From the IMG/VR virus record IMGVR_UViG_3300031963_009547: a stretch of DNA of 64,000 nt. One strand, 5' to 3'. The notes beneath the pieces are model-generated. The model was not told the DNA's origin. It saw nothing but the letters and a program-made list of their open reading frames with translations, and searched no databases. Every line of letters begins with the position of its first letter. The first letter of the stretch is position 1. Origin of the DNA: a virus. Made by a program: the position numbers and the translations under genes. Below, piece after piece: positions 16,441 to 25,755 of this stretch.

Positions 16441-18255
16441 ATGGCAGAACAAAAATATACGGTATGGCAAAGGTTGGGTAAGGTTTTTGGACCTAACGCT
16501 ACTTTAGACCAACAAACGCCGGTTTTCAAGTTTGATAAAAAAGAACTATTAAAAACCACAGATAAGTCTGAGTTTGAAAAGGAAAAACTACAAGCCCAAC
16601 AAACCATGTATATTGGTAAACAGTGGCAAAAAGTTGAAAGTAACTTGTATACTCAAGCGGTTTATTATGAACCAACTCGTATGGCATCATATTATGATTA
16701 TGAGTCTATGGAGTATACTCCTGAGATTTCTGCAGCGTTGGATATCTATGGTGAAGAATCTACAACACCCGATAAAGATGGATATATGTTACAGATTTAT
16801 TCTGAATCAAAAAGAATAAAATCAGTATTGGCTGACCTTTTCAATAATAGATTAGACATTAATACCAACTTACCAATGTGGACAAGAAACACTTGTAAGT
16901 TTGGTGATAATTTTGTGTATTTAAAACTAGACCCTGAGAAAGGAATTGTTGGTTGTCAACAATTACCTAATATTCAAATCGAAAGATTGGAAAAAGGGAT
17001 GAGGTTCCAACCGGATAAGTATTCTCAAGAAATGGAAAACGATGCATTGAAGTTTACTTGGAAAGAAAAGAATATGGAATTTAACACTTGGGAAGTAGCT
17101 CACTTTAGAATTTTAGGTGATGATAGAAAACTACCTTATGGTACATCAATGTTAGAAAAAGCAAGACGTATTTGGAAACAACTTTTATTATCTGAGGATG
17201 CAATGTTAATATATCGTGTATCAAGAGCACCTGAAAGAAGAGTGTTCAAGGTGTTTGTTGGTAATATGGATGATAAAGACGTTGATGCTTACGTACAAAG
17301 AGTTGCTAATAAATTTAAAAGAGACCAAATCGCAGACCCGTCAACAGGTAATGTGGATATGAGATATAACCAACTTGCGGTAGACCAAGATTATTTTATA
17401 CCTGTTCGTGACCAAGCGGCAACAAATCCAATAGAAACTTTACCGGGTGGAACAAACTTGGCAGAGATTGCAGATATTGAATATATCCAAAAGAAACTTG
17501 TAACGGCATTAAGAATACCTAAGGCTTATTTAGGTTTTGAAGAAGCTGTTGGTGATGGTAAAAACTTATCGTTGTTAGATATTAGATTTGCAAGAACAAT
17601 CAATAGAATTCAAAAATCTATGATTGCAGAATTAAATAAAATAGCAATCATCCATCTTTTCTTATTAGGTTTTGAAGATGAATTAACAAACTTTACTTTA
17701 GGGTTGACTAACCCATCTAAACAATCCGATTTATTAGGTATTGAGGTTTGGAAAGAAAAGATTCTTCTTTATAAAGATGCTGTTGCTGAGATTGCAAATA
17801 GTGTTGCGCCTGTATCCGCTTCTTGGGCTAAGAAACACATTTTAGGATTCTCTGACGAAGAAATCAGATTAGACATCCAACAACAGAGAGTAGAAAGAGC
17901 GGTTGCAGCTGAATTAGCAAAAACCGCTGAGGTAATCACTAATACAGGTTTATTTGATACAATAGATAAACTATACGGTAAGAAAGATAGTGAAAAACCT
18001 GCTGAAGGTGGTGATACAGGAGCACCTGATATGGGTGGAGCGCCTGATATGGGTGGAGCACCACCGATGGGAGGAGAGTCACCAGCACCTGAGGCTGGAG
18101 GGGCTGAGTTGGCACCTGAATCATTCAATAAAGATGACCTAAATTTACTACTTGAAGAACATTTATTTGGTCAAAATGATTTTATGAATTTAGGTAAAGC
18201 AAGAAATTCATTAGTAGAAATAGATGATAAACTGAAAGATTTGTTAGACAGATAA
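16441..18255 (+). CDS. portal protein (T4 gp20-like)
   Basis: PEISAALDI, EDAMLIYRVSRAPERRVF, DYFIPVR...IETLPGG, ALRIPKAYL. Confidence 0.93.
   Translation: MAEQKYTVWQRLGKVFGPNATLDQQTPVFKFDKKELLKTTDKSEFEKEKLQAQQTMYIGKQWQKVESNLYTQAVYYEPTRMASYYDYESMEYTPEISAALDIYGEESTTPDKDGYMLQIYSESKRIKSVLADLFNNRLDINTNLPMWTRNTCKFGDNFVYLKLDPEKGIVGCQQLPNIQIERLEKGMRFQPDKYSQEMENDALKFTWKEKNMEFNTWEVAHFRILGDDRKLPYGTSMLEKARRIWKQLLLSEDAMLIYRVSRAPERRVFKVFVGNMDDKDVDAYVQRVANKFKRDQIADPSTGNVDMRYNQLAVDQDYFIPVRDQAATNPIETLPGGTNLAEIADIEYIQKKLVTALRIPKAYLGFEEAVGDGKNLSLLDIRFARTINRIQKSMIAELNKIAIIHLFLLGFEDELTNFTLGLTNPSKQSDLLGIEVWKEKILLYKDAVAEIANSVAPVSASWAKKHILGFSDEEIRLDIQQQRVERAVAAELAKTAEVITNTGLFDTIDKLYGKKDSEKPAEGGDTGAPDMGGAPDMGGAPPMGGESPAPEAGGAELAPESFNKDDLNLLLEEHLFGQNDFMNLGKARNSLVEIDDKLKDLLDR
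18019..18072 (+). repeat. 18-bp degenerate tandem repeat x3 (GAPDMG) in portal tail
   Basis: GGAGCACCTGATATGGGT / GGAGCGCCTGATATGGGT / GGAGCACCACCGATGGGA. Confidence 0.85.
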
Positions 18256-18273
18256 TATTTATAATAAAAAAAG

Positions 18274-19005
18274 ATGAACAAATTTGGACAATTAAAAACT
18301 AATATAGAAAAAACAAGTATTGATTTATTTGGTAAAAATAGATTTAATCAATTTATGAAGGAATTCAAATCTAATATTTTAGAGAATAGAGACTTGAGTG
18401 AAATTTTCTTCATTTATGATGACTTATCATCAAAAAAAGGAATGGATAAGGATATCGCAACAGACTATGTAAATGAATCAATCGAGTATTGTCAAATTTT
18501 AATTGATAACAATAAGACTAAAATATCTAAGTTATCTGAGTGGGTTTCATCTTACAATAGTAATACTGAAAACAATTATAAGAATATTGATACAATCATT
18601 TATAATAACTCAATTAAAAACTTAGAGACAGTATTAGAATCTAAAAAACAAATTATATCTAACTTAATTTCTGAAGGTGTAAAAAAAGAAATTAAAGAAT
18701 CAGTTAACTTACCATTATCAACTATGGTTAAAGTTGCCGAAGACAATTTAAAAAATGAACTAGCTAATCTAAGTGAATCAGACAAAAAAGAAATCACATC
18801 GATTTCATCATTATCTAAAGAGGAGTTAGAAAAAGAATTTAACACACTTAAAGAGTCTGTAATAACTAATTTAAAAGGTTCATTAAACGAATCAAAAGAA
18901 GATGAAATTAAAACTATGATTGGTCAAACAATTACAAAAATTTCAGATTCAAAATGTACTCACTACGATTTATATAAGTTGAGAAAATTACACCAAGGAC
19001 TATGA
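18274..19005 (+). CDS. helical hypothetical protein, probable head assembly
   Basis: 243 aa directly after the portal; TATTTATA at 18256-18263; many (L/I)xE sites. Confidence 0.7.
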   Translation: MNKFGQLKTNIEKTSIDLFGKNRFNQFMKEFKSNILENRDLSEIFFIYDDLSSKKGMDKDIATDYVNESIEYCQILIDNNKTKISKLSEWVSSYNSNTENNYKNIDTIIYNNSIKNLETVLESKKQIISNLISEGVKKEIKESVNLPLSTMVKVAEDNLKNELANLSESDKKEITSISSLSKEELEKEFNTLKESVITNLKGSLNESKEDEIKTMIGQTITKISDSKCTHYDLYKLRKLHQGL

Positions 19006-19295
19006 GTAAAAAATACTTTTTTGGTTGGGGTAACATAAAAAAAGGTATTACTGAAATAATCAGAATCTATTCAGAGAAACCATCTTTCTTTTCTAAGAAG
19101 AGAATAGAATCAGGAATTGCTTTTATAATAGCCGAGTGGGGTATGATATTTTTCTTACTTAAAAAGTACCCAAATTTAACCATGACAGATTTAGTCATGT
19201 GGGCAACAGTTCAGTTCGGAGTTTCGGGATACATTATATATCAAATACAAAAAGAAAAAAAGTTTGAGAAACCAAATGAAAATCAAGAAAGTTGA
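19002..19295 (+). CDS. small membrane protein (two hydrophobic segments)
   Basis: GIAFIIAEWGMIFFLL and LVMWATVQFGVSGYIIY; holin function possible but unsupported. Confidence 0.65.
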   Translation: MSKKYFFGWGNIKKGITEIIRIYSEKPSFFSKKRIESGIAFIIAEWGMIFFLLKKYPNLTMTDLVMWATVQFGVSGYIIYQIQKEKKFEKPNENQES

Positions 19296-19474
19296 TTTTT
19301 AAGTTTTTGAATATATTGCGCTCTTTTTTTCTCACTTCTCCTTTTAACAGAATTCTTTGTAAACTCTTGTCTATCTCGTAATTGTTCAGTTTGCTTTGTC
19401 TTATAAACTTTAAATTTATATTGTTTCAAAGCCTGTTCAATTGAAGACGCATTTTTTACTTTAATTATAATCAT
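19283..19474 (-). CDS. rpsU: ribosomal protein bS21 (phage-encoded)
   Basis: MIIIKVK...SIEQALKQYKFK...LRDRQEFTKNSVKRR...AQYIQKL; Bacteroidota-like C-terminus with Tyr at position 54. Confidence 0.9.
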   Translation of the reverse strand: MIIIKVKNASSIEQALKQYKFKVYKTKQTEQLRDRQEFTKNSVKRRSEKKRAQYIQKLKNQLS

Positions 19475-19577
19475 ATTTTTTTTACTTTATAATATAAATA
19501 TACGGAAAAAAGTCAATTTTGACATTTTTTATTTTTAGACTTACATTTAAAAAAAATAAACCTGAAAGTTATGATTA

Positions 19578-20027
19578 ATGAAAAAAGGAAAAACATCAAA
19601 ATTAAACATTTTTGATGATGCAAAATGTCTCTACGGTACAGTAGATTCAAAAAATTTAAAATCCATTTATGTGGTACTACAGACTTGGATTGAACCATTG
19701 AGTATAGATGAAAATTGGAACCGATTAGTTGGTGAAATAAAAAGACAAATACAACATACATTATTAGAAGTAGTAGATACCCAAACATTCGAAAGAAAAC
19801 AAATTGTAGATTTAGATTTAAGGACAAGTGGGATACAAAAAAATAAAAAAAGTTTTATGAATATTGAAATAACATTATTTGTTCATAACAACACACACGA
19901 CTTTAAATCCCCAATATTAAAAGACAAAATTAAAAAAATAGTTTCTTGTGTTTATACTGACGATTTAAAAAATAATAAACATTTTACTCTTAGTAAGACA
20001 AAATCTGAAGAATTCAAAGAAAGCTAA
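19578..20027 (+). CDS. hypothetical protein
   Basis: 149-aa ORF between rpsU and the prohead protease. Confidence 0.75.
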   Translation: MKKGKTSKLNIFDDAKCLYGTVDSKNLKSIYVVLQTWIEPLSIDENWNRLVGEIKRQIQHTLLEVVDTQTFERKQIVDLDLRTSGIQKNKKSFMNIEITLFVHNNTHDFKSPILKDKIKKIVSCVYTDDLKNNKHFTLSKTKSEEFKES

Positions 20028-20048
20028 TATTTATCTCTAAAAGAACTT

Positions 20049-20762
20049 ATGAAAATTTTAGGACCTAGCGATACAGGTAAAGGTATATTAGTTGAGTGGG
20101 ATGCAGGGATTATTAACCCTAACGAACCACGTAATCAAAGTATTATACGTGAATCTTACGGACAATTAGAACATTCTAAACCATTTGAATTTTATGCAAC
20201 TCTTCAAAAGTGGGGGGTTCCAAATAGAAACGGAAGAGTATATCCTGAAAAGATATTAAGAAGAGAATCTGAAAAATATCAAGACGCTATTAAACGTGGT
20301 ATGTCCATTTCAGAATTAAATCACCCTGAATCTTCTTTAATTGACCTTGATAGAGTATCTCACCTTATCACAGAGATGTGGTGGGAAGGTAACGTATTAA
20401 TGGGTAAGATTAAATTATTAACTACGCCAGGTTTTCATGAAAGAGGTATAGTATCATCTAAGGGTGATGTTGCAGCTAACATGATGAGACAAGGAGTTAC
20501 TATGGGGGTATCTTCTCGCGGTGTTGGTTCATTAGTTAAAAAGGGTGACCAAAACGAAGTTCAAGACGATTTCGAATTAATTTGTTTTGACCTTGTATCT
20601 TCACCGTCCACACCTGGAGCATATCTTTACTTGAATAAAGAAGATAGACCAAGATATGAAGAAAAATTATCAGAACATGATAATACTTTAGTTAGTGTTG
20701 GAGGTGGATTAGAAAAATCTGTTGACTTAATGAAAAGATTGTCCGACTATTTAGGAAAGTAA
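20049..20762 (+). CDS. prohead protease (T4 gp21-like)
   Basis: NRNGRVYP, ELNHP, VSHLI, GVSSRGVGSL, FDLVSSPSTPGA. Confidence 0.93.
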   Translation: MKILGPSDTGKGILVEWDAGIINPNEPRNQSIIRESYGQLEHSKPFEFYATLQKWGVPNRNGRVYPEKILRRESEKYQDAIKRGMSISELNHPESSLIDLDRVSHLITEMWWEGNVLMGKIKLLTTPGFHERGIVSSKGDVAANMMRQGVTMGVSSRGVGSLVKKGDQNEVQDDFELICFDLVSSPSTPGAYLYLNKEDRPRYEEKLSEHDNTLVSVGGGLEKSVDLMKRLSDYLGK

Positions 20763-20773
20763 AAAAATTTATT

Positions 20774-20983
20774 ATGGACGAAAAGTATTTTGTAGCAAAA
20801 ATCACAACTGATATGGTTGATGATAACACAGGTAAAGTTAAAAAAATGAGAGAAGAAAAACTTGTGAGAGGGTTTTCACCGACAGATGTCGAAGCAAAGG
20901 TAACGAAAGTTTACGAAACTTATTCAATGGATTGGAGAATTACAGCAATTGTTGAAAGTAAAATTGACGAAGTTATCGAATAG
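20774..20983 (+). CDS. DUF4494-like small protein
   Basis: YFVAKI...GKVKKMREEKLVRGFSPTDVEAKV...ITAIVESKIDEVI resembles Bacteroidota DUF4494. Confidence 0.6.
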   Translation: MDEKYFVAKITTDMVDDNTGKVKKMREEKLVRGFSPTDVEAKVTKVYETYSMDWRITAIVESKIDEVIE

Positions 20984-21004
20984 TTTTTTAACAAATTTTT
21001 TAAG

Positions 21005-21028
21005 AAGGGACTTATGGTCCCTTTTTTT
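21005..21028 (+). terminator. intrinsic terminator
   Basis: AAGGGAC-TTATG-GTCCCTTTTTTT. Confidence 0.8.
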
Positions 21029-21131
21029 ATGCTTTTAATTTTTTTCTTGTAAAGGTGGATAAATAAGAACTTTTTTGAATAACGATATATTTATTTAGTA
21101 AAATAAACGCATAACGCATTGCATTAAAAAA

Positions 21132-22640
21132 ATGAGTTTGGAAAAAAACGAAAATTTAGTCGAGAAAACTTTACTACAAATAAAGTCAATCGAGGAAGCT
21201 ATAAGCGAAAACGCAAAAGGAATACTTGCTTCTACAATGAAGGAAGAAATCAGTGAATTAGTAAAGGAGTCATTATTTGGCACAAAATCAAAATCGTCTT
21301 TACACGAGCAAGAAGAAGATGACACCGAAGAAGTGGTAGGTGTGGAAACTGACACAGAAGTTGCAGATGATAGTGAAGAGACAACAGACGTTGATGCTGA
21401 GGTTAATCCTGAAGGTGGTGAATTTGATATCACTATGATGGATACCGATGTTGATACTGATAATGAAGACGAATTACCTCCCCTTGATATGACAGGGGCA
21501 AAACCTGATGAAGTATTGAAAGTGTTTAAGGCTATGGGTGATGAAGATGGAATTATCGTTGTTAGAGACGATAATAAAATACACCTTACTGACAACAACA
21601 CCGACACTGAATACTTTATTGATTTAGGTGATGATTCAGAAATGCCAATGGAAGAACCTATGGAAGATATGAATGAGAGTGTGATTTATGAATTAGTCTT
21701 CGAAGAGGATGAAAAAATGGGTAAACACGAAATGGAAGAAGATTATATGGAGGAAGAAATAGACGAAGAAATTGACGAAACAATTTACGAATTGGAAGTT
21801 AGTGAGTCTATGAAACCTGTTGGTATGGGCTTCGGAAAAATGAAAAATGGTTTATCTAAATCATCTGTTAACAACAAAGGTTTCGATGAAGATATGGAAG
21901 ATGGTATTAAATCAGAGAAAAAAGGAAAAGGTCCTAAATTCAACTACGGTAAAATCAAACATGGTGTTACTGAAAACTACATGGAAGAAGATTACATGGA
22001 AGAAGGATGGATGGATGAAGAAATGATTGATGACATGAAAACCGAATCTGACTACATGGAAGGCGATTACATGAAAGGAGACTACATGGAAGGAGATTGT
22101 ATGGAAGGTGATTGTATGGAAGGTGACGCTATGGTAGACGAATTACCTGGTGAAACTACAGAAGCATCAAGAACTATGACTTACATGAGAAGAGCACAAA
22201 GAGACCGAGTTGCAGCACCAAGTCAATTAAGAAAAGAATCTGTTGAAAAAGAACTTAATTTATTAAGAGAGAAAAACGAAGAATACAAAAAAGCTTTAGA
22301 CTTCTTTAGAAATAAATTAAATGAAGTAGCAGTATTCAACTCAAACTTGGCTTATTCTACTAGATTGTTCACTGAACACTCAACAACAAAACAAGAAAAA
22401 ATAAACATACTTAGAAGATTTGATAATGTTGAAACTATCAAAGAATCTAAATCACTTTACAAAGCAATTAAATCTGAATTAGACGGAGTAAGTAAAAGTA
22501 ATGAAGTTGTAACTGAATCAGTTCAAAGAAAACTTGTTAACACTCCTTCAAATGGTTCAGCATCTAATTTGATTGAAAGTAAAACTTATGAAAATCCACA
22601 ATTCTTAAGAATGAAAGATTTGATGGGAAAAATTAAATAA
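21132..22640 (+). CDS. prohead core/scaffold protein (gp22 position)
   Basis: Very acidic 502-aa protein with C-terminal coiled coil, between the protease and the major capsid protein. Confidence 0.75.
   Translation: MSLEKNENLVEKTLLQIKSIEEAISENAKGILASTMKEEISELVKESLFGTKSKSSLHEQEEDDTEEVVGVETDTEVADDSEETTDVDAEVNPEGGEFDITMMDTDVDTDNEDELPPLDMTGAKPDEVLKVFKAMGDEDGIIVVRDDNKIHLTDNNTDTEYFIDLGDDSEMPMEEPMEDMNESVIYELVFEEDEKMGKHEMEEDYMEEEIDEEIDETIYELEVSESMKPVGMGFGKMKNGLSKSSVNNKGFDEDMEDGIKSEKKGKGPKFNYGKIKHGVTENYMEEDYMEEGWMDEEMIDDMKTESDYMEGDYMKGDYMEGDCMEGDCMEGDAMVDELPGETTEASRTMTYMRRAQRDRVAAPSQLRKESVEKELNLLREKNEEYKKALDFFRNKLNEVAVFNSNLAYSTRLFTEHSTTKQEKINILRRFDNVETIKESKSLYKAIKSELDGVSKSNEVVTESVQRKLVNTPSNGSASNLIESKTYENPQFLRMKDLMGKIK
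22050..22133 (+). repeat. 15-bp degenerate tandem repeat x5 (DYMEG/DCMEG)
   Basis: GAYTRYATGRAAGGN units in frame. Confidence 0.85.
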
Positions 22641-22676
22641 ATAAACAATAAATAAACTCAAATTAAAAAAAATAAA

Positions 22677-24491
22677 ATGGGAGCATTATTAGAATCAGGT
22701 CTTGTTGGTAACATCGGGTTAAAACACCTTAAAGTTATCAAAGAAGATACAATCAACAAATGGGATAAATTAGGATTCCTAGACGGTCTTAAAGGACACA
22801 TCAAAGAGAACATGGCACAGTTATATGAAAACCAAGCTTCTCACCTAATCAACGAAGCGGCTTCTACGGATAGCTCAGGTTCTTTCGAAACTGTAGTTTT
22901 CCCTATCGTAAGACGTGTATTCTCTAAATTGTTGGCTAACGATTTAGTATCTGTACAAGCAATGAACTTACCTATCGGTAAATTGTTCTACTTTGTACCT
23001 AAAATCCAAAGCTACCAATACCCTAACGCAACTGACGGTCAGTTACACTACCCACCAATTGGAGGTCCTAACACACCTAACAGTAACATTGGTCAAGGTT
23101 ATAATTCAACGGATAAAAACCTTTACGATAGATTTTACGAAGGTTCTGAACCAACATTAGACCCTCCAGGATTATTTGACTATTCTAAAGGTAGATTCTC
23201 GGCTATAACTACAAATGCTGTAACTGTTGCTTGGAGCAGCGGTCAATTAGTTGAGTCAGCATATGCTGCGGGCGAATACAGAAAAGTTCTTTTAATTCTT
23301 TCAGGTTTCTCTAGTGCGGGTGCCGGTAAATTAATCGGACCTGAAGGTCAAGAAATGGATAATGAAGCTTTCTTATCTGATTTACAAGTTAACGCATTAA
23401 CTGGTGTAGGTTCACCTGAAAGAGCATTCTCAGGAGCGGGTACTTCAGACTTACTTTTCCGTGTAGTTACTCAAAAATATGGTAAAGGTATCGTTCAATA
23501 CGGTTCACAACAAGCTACAACTTTCTACAGTGGTAGTTACAAGGGAAATGGTGGTTCTTATGACAATATCTGTGATGCAGCAGGTTTCATCTACTTAGAA
23601 GTTGATTTACAAGTACCATGTGCAATCGGAGCTAACTCAATTGATGGTTACTCAGGTTTAACAACTACATTTGCCGCTGCGGCAGGAGGACAATTTTCAT
23701 GTTCTTATAGAGTATACGAAGAATTAGAATTCGAAGACAAAATTGGTGAGGTTTCTTTCGACTTAGAATCAGTAACTGTTTCTGTAACTGAAAGAAAATT
23801 AAGAGCACAATGGTCTCCTGAATTGGCACAAGACGTTTCTGCATTCCATAACATCGATGCTGAAGCTGAATTAACAGCTTTATTATCTGAGCAAGTAGCA
23901 GCAGAAATCGACCGTGAAATTTTACGTGACTTACGTAAAGGTGCAGCTTGGAACTTACGTTGGGACTACAACGGATGGAAAAGAGGTACTTCTTCTAACC
24001 CTTTAACTCAATACACTCAAAAAGATTGGAATCAAACATTGATTACAGCAATTAACCAAATTTCAGCACAAATCCACAAATCTACATTAAGAGGTGGAGC
24101 TAACTGGATTGTTGTATCTTCTGAGATTTCCGCTATCTTTGACGATTTAGAATACTTCCACGTATCTAACGCGTCTCCTGAGCAAGACCAATACAACATG
24201 GGTATTGAAAGAGTTGGTACATTAGCTGGTCGTTACCAAGTTTACCGTGACCCTTACTTCCCACCGAACACAGTATTGTTGGGACACAAAGGTTCTTCAT
24301 TGTTAGATACTGGTTACGTTTACGCACCATATGTTCCTCTACAATTAACACCTACAATGTATAACCCATTCAACTTCACACCTATCAAAGGTATCATGAC
24401 AAGATACGCTAAGAAAATGGTTAACAACCGTTTCTACGGACGTATCACAGTTGATGGAGTTAGAACATTTGACTTGAGAGAATTGAGATAA
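22677..24491 (+). CDS. major capsid protein (T4 gp23-like)
   Basis: VSVQAMNLPIG, RKLRAQWSPELAQD...HNIDAEAEL, EIDREI, YAPYVPL...FTPIKGIMTRY. Confidence 0.95.
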   Translation: MGALLESGLVGNIGLKHLKVIKEDTINKWDKLGFLDGLKGHIKENMAQLYENQASHLINEAASTDSSGSFETVVFPIVRRVFSKLLANDLVSVQAMNLPIGKLFYFVPKIQSYQYPNATDGQLHYPPIGGPNTPNSNIGQGYNSTDKNLYDRFYEGSEPTLDPPGLFDYSKGRFSAITTNAVTVAWSSGQLVESAYAAGEYRKVLLILSGFSSAGAGKLIGPEGQEMDNEAFLSDLQVNALTGVGSPERAFSGAGTSDLLFRVVTQKYGKGIVQYGSQQATTFYSGSYKGNGGSYDNICDAAGFIYLEVDLQVPCAIGANSIDGYSGLTTTFAAAAGGQFSCSYRVYEELEFEDKIGEVSFDLESVTVSVTERKLRAQWSPELAQDVSAFHNIDAEAELTALLSEQVAAEIDREILRDLRKGAAWNLRWDYNGWKRGTSSNPLTQYTQKDWNQTLITAINQISAQIHKSTLRGGANWIVVSSEISAIFDDLEYFHVSNASPEQDQYNMGIERVGTLAGRYQVYRDPYFPPNTVLLGHKGSSLLDTGYVYAPYVPLQLTPTMYNPFNFTPIKGIMTRYAKKMVNNRFYGRITVDGVRTFDLRELR

Positions 24492-24511
24492 TCAATTAAA
24501 AACAGAATAAG

Positions 24512-24539
24512 AAAAGGTCAGAGAAATCTGACCTTTTTT
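24512..24539 (+). terminator. intrinsic terminator after major capsid gene
   Basis: AAAAGGTCAGA-GAAA-TCTGACCTTTTTT. Confidence 0.9.
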
Positions 24540-24560
24540 ATTTTATAGATATTTATAGTC

Positions 24561-25268
24561 ATGGGAAAAAAAATAAACGAAGCTACATCCTCCGGTGGTT
24601 CTAGAGGTAGTTATATTGCACCTTTAATGCCCGGTGAAAGATACTTTAAAAAAAATATTTTAAGCCCATTCACCGAACCCGTGTCAAATTACAAAAGTCC
24701 TGATTTGGCCTACGACTCCTATGATGGTAAAATGGAACGAAGTAACAAACAAAGAAAAAAAGAAGAAAGAATTGCTGATAAAATATATAATTTTATAAAA
24801 AACCATCCAAATGCGACGTTTAGTGATACCGAAGGTAACCCTATAAATCAATTTCCAGATAAAAATAAAAACATGGTACCAATAAAAGAATGGATAGAGT
24901 TAGATAAAATTAATCTTAATGAAGATTTAGCCGTTTGGTTTGGTACAAAGAAAAAACCAAAGGGTTCGAAACAACCAAAAGGACCATGGGTTAACATTTG
25001 TAGGAAAGTAGATGGGAAGCACCCACCATGTGGTAGACCTGATACGTCAAAAGGAGCATACCCAAAATGTAGAGCAGCAGGTGTCGCTGGAAAAATGAGT
25101 GATTCTGCTAAAAAAGCTGCTTGTGCACAGAAAAGAAATGCTGAGAAAAAAGATACTCAAACAGGAAAAGGTCAAAAACCTGTAATGACTTCATACAAAC
25201 CAAAAAAGAAAAGGACCCAAAATGAGTCCTTAGAAAAAATTATAAAAAATATTTTAAGTTCGCTTTAA
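24561..25268 (+). CDS. basic Cys-containing hypothetical protein
   Basis: EDLAVWFG...GPWVNICRK...HPPCGR...YPKCR...AAC domain; TATTTATA at 24550-24557. Confidence 0.75.
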   Translation: MGKKINEATSSGGSRGSYIAPLMPGERYFKKNILSPFTEPVSNYKSPDLAYDSYDGKMERSNKQRKKEERIADKIYNFIKNHPNATFSDTEGNPINQFPDKNKNMVPIKEWIELDKINLNEDLAVWFGTKKKPKGSKQPKGPWVNICRKVDGKHPPCGRPDTSKGAYPKCRAAGVAGKMSDSAKKAACAQKRNAEKKDTQTGKGQKPVMTSYKPKKKRTQNESLEKIIKNILSSL

Positions 25269-25753
25269 CAATAAGTTCCTGAACATCTTTTTTGTCCGTC
25301 TAAACCTTTAATTTTACCTTTACACACTTGTATAGCATATCCATTAGCATATGCTGAAGGATAAACATCATATTTCGCTTTAGCTGCTGCCTTACCACGA
25401 GCACATAATTTAGTACCTGTTTTTTTTCTACCTTCACCCATTACCATATTTTTGTCATCGATATTCATAGAAAGTTCCATACCGTCTTTTTTAGATTCGT
25501 TCATTAAAAAATCGAATACTTGGTCCATGTTATTCTTTGCTTCAGCAATATGGTCTTGAGCCCAATCGTGACCATTCTCTAAAATTTCTTCAATCATAGA
25601 GTGGTCCAAATCTAATAATAAATCACACTGTCTTCTCATCTGTTCTAAATTTGAAAAGAACATATATCTTGAAGACTCTTGTTCTTGTCTTGAAGGTTTA
25701 TCTTCAATAGTCTCTCTAATGACTTTATTTATAATGTAATCTAAATTTTTCAT
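25265..25753 (-). CDS. hypothetical protein with C-terminal LCARGK..YPSAYANG..C motif
   Basis: 162-aa ORF with a basic, Cys-containing tail. Confidence 0.75.
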   Translation of the reverse strand: MKNLDYIINKVIRETIEDKPSRQEQESSRYMFFSNLEQMRRQCDLLLDLDHSMIEEILENGHDWAQDHIAEAKNNMDQVFDFLMNESKKDGMELSMNIDDKNMVMGEGRKKTGTKLCARGKAAAKAKYDVYPSAYANGYAIQVCKGKIKGLDGQKRCSGTYC

Positions 25754-25755
25754 AA

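Noticed and set aside
19002-19295. Holin call
   Set aside because: Only two hydrophobic segments as evidence and no endolysin or spanin nearby
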